DNA of 36,048 bases, taken from positions 144,753 through 180,800 of the forward strand of contig PDIP01000046.1 of assembly GCA_002811645.1 (NCBI GenBank), read 5' to 3'. Under the pieces are notes generated by a model. The model was not told the DNA's origin and made no database searches. It saw nothing but the letters and a program-made list of their open reading frames with translations. Shown here one piece after another: positions 30,891-36,048 of the stretch. A program made the translations under genes and the position numbers. This stretch comes from Corallochytrium limacisporum Hawaii (Eukaryota > Protista > Pluriformea). Each line of letters opens with the position of its first letter. The first letter of the stretch is position 1.

Positions 30891-32607
30891 CCGGAACCGC
30901 ACACCACAAAAATCGGACAAAGTAGCGTAATTTACATGAGTTCGGGTGATTTGTCAGAAGCCCCAGCTCTCTCTCACAGTGTTTCAGTTTCCTATTGGCG
31001 GCTCGCGGCCCACCGGTTCTGCCATATAACCCCATGGTACCGTTTATATACTGCAACCAATTGTCTCGAGAGCGCGAGAATCCAACCACAAAGTCTGCAC
31101 AGAAAACATTCGCGGGGTAATTCTACACATGTGCATGCAAGCCCTGTTCGCTTGTTTGGTCTTAGGTCCTATCTCATTTTGGAAGGCATCCTCCTTGGTT
31201 ACGTAGGTAGTACCCTTCGGCAACATATCCCTAGCTTGTTTTCAGTTGATTGAAGAAAAATCCTTAAGATGCGGACACGAGCCAGTTCGTAGTGGCCGCA
31301 CTATCGGCAGGGCGAACTGAGTATCTGAGACTTTTTGTTTGTGTTTACAAAAATAGAGAAGGGGAGGTGGGGGGATTGGGAAGTGGACAGCGAACAATAA
31401 AAATATACGGCAATTTTTGAAATCTGTGTGGTCTAGCTGTGCCACCCCCTAAACCCTTGTAAGGGTAAGCGCCCTCGGAGTCCCTGTGTACGTTGGGTAT
31501 TGTTTTCGGCCCACTTCCAACACCCGGCCCGTCGCACCCCGGAAGGGTTCTAATTTAGCAGCGCAAGGTGGGTCCTTTCTTTCCCGTCAGGTCTGACTGC
31601 ATAACTGGTTTGCACCGGCGGCGGTCCGAACGGCTCAGTGCACTCAAGTACCGAGACGAGCCTGCGGAATGGGGTCCGCTGGGCTCGCATGTTCCCATTT
31701 TCCCTACCAACCTCTCTAACCAGCCAGGACATCACAAGGATATGCCACAACGACCGGCCTGGGTCACATCCATAGACAGCGAAGTTTGGATGGGTTGTGG
31801 AACCTTTTTTCTTCACTGTCTAGGGTCTTTGGGTGTACGTGGAACGCGTCTGTAATATATGGTGAAGGCCTTCTTTCGGGTGAAAGGGGAGGGGAAGAGG
31901 GAATACGCCTGCTACTCTGCACAGAGAGAAAGCTGCGTGGAGTCCCTGCTTCCACAAATCCGCCCCCGAATGCCAGAGAATACCACCGTCCTTATCTTGT
32001 CGCATGGAATTGAATAAAATGAGTACAATAGTACCACTACTGAAAGAGATTTTCGTGCCCTGGGAGAGTTAGAGAAAGATATCCCTGGCGATCGAGATAG
32101 CACATCGTGCGCACTCCTGATCCTGGGGCAGATCCCATTTTTGCTTGGATCCACATTCCCCGTGTAGTTTTGGCGCGGAGGTCAAATCAGTTAGTTGCTC
32201 TCGAGGAAATGATTACTGATCAACACTGTTGGACAGCAGACAATACCATCCAAGCACATGCCGAGTATCTCACAAGAACGGTTCCATGCAGACAGAGAAA
32301 GGATACCACAGTACGCTCGTCTGTATCACACTCCCTTACCATTCATGCTTTGCCCCTTCCTGCAACTATTCTTACCTAAGGCGGGTCGATCATTTAGTAT
32401 GGTTCTTGTCTACACGTTTCACGAGATTGCCAACTAAGGACACTCAGAAAAAGAGCCTCTAAGGTATATAGAGATTGTGCTATAACCTACCACACAGGGA
32501 AGACCTGAGATCACACCATGCTGATTCGCCAACAGCACAGCCAGGTACACAAGAGCACAAAATCCTGTGTGGGTGCGAGTGTGTAAATTTGTCAGCAGAA
32601 TAGCAAA

Positions 32608-35604
32608 ATGCCAAGCTACAAAATGATTTTTGGAGCCGCTGCGGTCCTTATTGGGATTCAGGATGTTTTGGCACAGGATACCGGGCCGGTAAATCCGATT
32701 CGTGTGGACCAGCGCTGTCTAGTGATTCAGCGGTCCAACAATTCAAACAGCAAATGGCTGCACTTCCCAACACCGGAAAGTTTCATTGCAGACATCGATG
32801 GCACTGGTATTCCCTACGATGTGTATGTATATACGGCTGATGGATCAGCCTACCTGTGGACACAGGACTTCACCGACGACAGAAGTGGTGAGCCCTTTGC
32901 CGGTGTACGGAATTGGGAGTACCTTCCCGAAGTGAACCTGACCACATATTTGGAAGTGGAAGCAAACCACGGCCGCTACAGCTGTATTTTTAAGACCCCA
33001 ACAATCTTCTTTGTGGGTTGTGGTGACAACCAACGATGCACTGGGGAGGTGGACTTTGACGCTCATGCACGTCACCACGATGGCTTGCTGGCATATCGGG
33101 CCAAATACCAAGCTCGTTGGGTGCACATGGGATGCATCTGGCAAACTGGTGTAACTTGTGAAGAAGCAGCGACGGTGGAGCAGCTAAGAAGCGTTGTTAT
33201 GACCGACTACGGCCATGATGAGGTGGCTCTGGGTATGATTGATAAGGACATGGAACCATGGGATTTCGCTACCTACGCAACTCCATTCATCACCCCAGCA
33301 GTTCTGGATCCCGATCTGGATGCAGAACCAATCCTGGTCAACACAGAAGGTCAGATCTTGGCTCACATGCTGAATCGGGAAGTATGGTTCAATAGCCAGA
33401 TCGTGCGAGTACAGGAATTGTATCTGAACGGCGTCTTCCCTCCCTTCGTCCACGACAGCATTGTACTTTCCTGGGGTGTCTGGCTACAATGGGCGCTTGA
33501 CGGCTGGATGGTCCAGGGTGTGCGCCGTGTTCACATTTTCCAGTTTGCTTGGTACTATGATGACTGGCCAAACCATTTGAAATACCAAGACAAGTTCAGT
33601 GATCAGAATATGCAGCGTTTGACTGACATGCTACAGTTCCGCCACGTAGATGGCGAGGACCGAAACTGCTACAATGTTCGTGAAGTATATTTTGAAGATG
33701 GTGTTCGCAAACGCGGAAACTTCTATGAACCCTGTGAAGACGTTGACATGGTGTACAATGCTGAGAATCAGCCCACTACCTACGACCCGGACCAGCTCAA
33801 CCAGCCCATGTCCTTTGTGGATTTCCGCACATGCAATGTGACCGGGACCATGGTGTATGAAGACCCATCAGAGTCTGGTTATGTAAACCGCCAGCTGAAG
33901 TACGGCCTGGAGATCAGTGTCAACCCAAGCCCCACTAATGTGGCTCGCTGCAAGTTCGTTCCCGTCACCAATTTGGGTCGTTTTCTGCCAGACGTTGAGG
34001 GAACTTTGGCATTGTCTGAAAACAAAGATCTCTATACCACCAACTACGGTTTTGATAAAACCACATGGATGCCCGCTCCAGCATCAGGCACCACGCACAC
34101 TCTCTACTCAGATCCTTCCAAGAGTCCCTGTTTGACCAGTGAGTGGAGTGAGGATTTCGTTGAGGGCGCCTGCCCTGATGTTTGTGACAATCTCCTCGTT
34201 CGAACGCGGATCCGGACCATTACCAATAAGGGTAACGGTGAGTGTCCAGAGCTTGAGAAAGAGGAGGAGTGTCCGGAACCCCCTCACTGCACAGACTTTG
34301 ACCTCGATGATGTGCAAAACGATGAGGATAATTGTCCCAGTGTACCCAACCCTGAACAAGATGATTGGAACAACAATGGTGTTGGTGATGCCTGTGATGA
34401 CGCTGACGACGACGGTGTAATGGACGATGAGGACAACTGTGTCAATGTGGCAAATGTGGACCAAGCTGACTACGATGATGATGGGGTGGGTGATGCATGC
34501 GATGATACTGACGAAGATGGCATCATGGACGACGAAGATAATTGTGTCAATGTGGCAAATGCAGATCAAGCTGACTACAACGATGACGGAGTGGGTGATG
34601 TTTGCGACGATACTGACGAGGACGGCGTCATGGACGATGAGGACAACTGTTTCAACGTGACAAATACAGACCAAGCCGACTACAACGATGATGGAGTCGG
34701 CGATGCCTGCGACGATTCTGACGAAGATGGCATCATGGACGACGAAGATAATTGTGTCAATGTGGCAAATGCAGATCAAGCTGACTACAACGATGACGGA
34801 GTGGGTGATGTTTGCGACGATACTGACGAGGACGGCGTCATGGACGATGAGGACAACTGTTTCAACGTGACAAATACAGACCAAGCCGACTACAACGATG
34901 ATGGAGTCGGCGATGCCTGCGACGATTCTGACGAAGATGGCATCATGGACGACGAAGATAATTGTGTCAATGTGGCAAATGCAGATCAAGCTGACTACAA
35001 CGATGACGGAGTGGGTGATGTTTGCGACGATACTGACGAGGATGGCGTCATGGACGATGAGGACAACTGTGTCAATGTGGCAAATGTGAACCAAACTGAC
35101 TACGATGATGATGGAGTGGGTGATGCCTGCGACGATTCTGACGATGATGGAGTCATGGATAACGAGGACAATTGTTCTGACGTATTCAACCCGGATCAGG
35201 CTGACTACGACGAGGATGGATTGGGTGATGTCTGCGATGAAACTGACGGACATGGCCCAGAGGATGGGGTGGGTTTCGAGACTGAGGATGAAGTATCTAC
35301 GGGGTCGCCCGAGACCCCTACAATTTTTCCCACCAACAATAATCAGAATCTTGGTGGTGACACCCGCGGGACTCCGTCAATCGACGGTGAAGACACCTCA
35401 GATGGCGGAGCCGGTGACCTCCAGGGTACTGGAGACAATGGAGGCAGCGGAAGCGGTGAGAATCAGGCAATTCTCATCGGCAGTATTGTCGGTGGTGTGG
35501 CAATTCTGTGTTTAATTGTTTTGAGTATCACAATCTGTAAACGAACTGGGCCGTCTGATGTCGAGTCCAACACTGACTCAAACCTTGAATCAAATGTGGT
35601 CTAG
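32608..35604 (+). CDS. Type I membrane protein: signal peptide, Agd3-like ectodomain, TSP1/spondin-like module, 9 thrombospondin type-3 Ca-binding repeats, TM helix, 21-aa tail
   Basis: Signal peptide MPSYKMIFGAAAVLIGIQDVLA. TSP1-like CLTSEWS...C...C...RTRIRTI...ECPELEKEEEC (34129-34290). DxDxDGxxDxxDNC...NxDQxDxxxDGVGDxC repeats. TM helix ILIGSIVGGVAILCLIVLSITIC. The Agd3 resemblance comes from recalled motifs (see findings). Confidence 0.85.
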   Translation: MPSYKMIFGAAAVLIGIQDVLAQDTGPVNPIRVDQRCLVIQRSNNSNSKWLHFPTPESFIADIDGTGIPYDVYVYTADGSAYLWTQDFTDDRSGEPFAGVRNWEYLPEVNLTTYLEVEANHGRYSCIFKTPTIFFVGCGDNQRCTGEVDFDAHARHHDGLLAYRAKYQARWVHMGCIWQTGVTCEEAATVEQLRSVVMTDYGHDEVALGMIDKDMEPWDFATYATPFITPAVLDPDLDAEPILVNTEGQILAHMLNREVWFNSQIVRVQELYLNGVFPPFVHDSIVLSWGVWLQWALDGWMVQGVRRVHIFQFAWYYDDWPNHLKYQDKFSDQNMQRLTDMLQFRHVDGEDRNCYNVREVYFEDGVRKRGNFYEPCEDVDMVYNAENQPTTYDPDQLNQPMSFVDFRTCNVTGTMVYEDPSESGYVNRQLKYGLEISVNPSPTNVARCKFVPVTNLGRFLPDVEGTLALSENKDLYTTNYGFDKTTWMPAPASGTTHTLYSDPSKSPCLTSEWSEDFVEGACPDVCDNLLVRTRIRTITNKGNGECPELEKEEECPEPPHCTDFDLDDVQNDEDNCPSVPNPEQDDWNNNGVGDACDDADDDGVMDDEDNCVNVANVDQADYDDDGVGDACDDTDEDGIMDDEDNCVNVANADQADYNDDGVGDVCDDTDEDGVMDDEDNCFNVTNTDQADYNDDGVGDACDDSDEDGIMDDEDNCVNVANADQADYNDDGVGDVCDDTDEDGVMDDEDNCFNVTNTDQADYNDDGVGDACDDSDEDGIMDDEDNCVNVANADQADYNDDGVGDVCDDTDEDGVMDDEDNCVNVANVNQTDYDDDGVGDACDDSDDDGVMDNEDNCSDVFNPDQADYDEDGLGDVCDETDGHGPEDGVGFETEDEVSTGSPETPTIFPTNNNQNLGGDTRGTPSIDGEDTSDGGAGDLQGTGDNGGSGSGENQAILIGSIVGGVAILCLIVLSITICKRTGPSDVESNTDSNLESNVV
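34291..35235 (+). repeat. Coding minisatellite: nine 105-bp units (35-aa TSP3 repeats) with an exact 210-bp higher-order repeat
   Basis: ACGAAGATGGCATCATGGACGACGAAGATAATTG starts at 34511, 34721 and 34931. The 210-bp periodicity is exact over about 34508-35042. Confidence 0.95.
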
Positions 35605-35988
35605 GGCAAAAGACAAAATGAGGAAACAATTAAAGAAACCCATAGACCGAACTGCATACAAACACTCAAAGGTCGATGGGAGCAAATTCCTCTACATGAT
35701 ATGGAGCTGAGCCTTCACCCTTTTAACCCAACGAACAGGACAGTCCAGCCCAACAGAATATTTTCCTTGTAAGCCGTTCTGCTGTTTTTTGTTTCGAGGG
35801 CATTCAATTCTGTGCTCGATAGAATCGTACAGACGAGGAGTAGAATACTGCGATAGCGCACTTGCAGTCCGATCGGATCGTACTGACGTCGGTTAGGACA
35901 ATACGCGAGCGAAAAACAATACCACCCTCTGTCTCATAATATTAGGCCGACTCTACAAACATTGATTTCATTCGAATCCAGACCGCAG

Positions 35989-36015
35989 TGGCGGGAAATT
36001 TTTTGCGCGTTCAAA
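35989..36015. promoter_or_regulatory. Candidate E2F site plus CHR-like element (likely promoter of a gene beyond the window)
   Basis: TGGCGGGAAA (the TTTCCCGCC E2F consensus on the minus strand) is followed by TTTGCGCGTTCAAA, which contains TTCAAA (CHR TTTGAA on the minus strand). Confidence 0.4.
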
Positions 36016-36048
36016 CTCAGCGTAGCCGACTCTATCCGTGATCCAATT

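Noticed and set aside
31446-31466. CCCTAAACCCT, resembling a TTTAGGG telomere repeat or telomerase RNA template
   Set aside because: Only about 1.5 units, expected by chance, with no supporting structure identified.
34108-35253. 381-aa antisense ORF
   Set aside because: It is the shadow of the Asp-rich TSP3 repeat on the opposite strand.
1-36048. tRNA/rRNA genes
   Set aside because: TTCGAA words at about 932, 963 and 35971 lack cloverleaf context, and no rRNA-like sequence was recognised.

Overview
Eukaryotic genomic DNA from a very intron-poor organism. Ten long CDSs are uninterrupted single ORFs, separated by spacers of about 55 bp to 3.2 kb that often carry G/C-run-rich promoter-like DNA. 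The gene set (PHTF, SLC35C2, nibrin, Vav-like CH-DH-PH GEF, FAAH-like amidases) points to an opisthokont or unicellular holozoan; this is inference. Gene order: MAPEG protein with no in-frame ATG (+), nibrin/NBS1 (+), SLC35C2-like transporter (-), PHTF (-), CH-DH-PH RhoGEF (+), FAAH-like amidase 1 (+), bacterial-type cysteine-synthase-family PLP enzyme (+), amidases 2 and 3 (+), secreted PI-PLC X-domain protein (-), a degenerate ~370 bp tandem duplication, and a type I membrane protein (+). The most notable observation is that last protein. It looks like an Agd3 (galactosaminogalactan deacetylase)-family scaffold lacking most of the catalytic domain, fused to a TSP1-like module, nine thrombospondin type-3 repeats and a TM helix. 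Also notable: a mosaic amidase array with a likely horizontally acquired gene inside it, and recurrent E2F/CHR-like promoter words. Family calls come from recalled motifs; no database searches were run.
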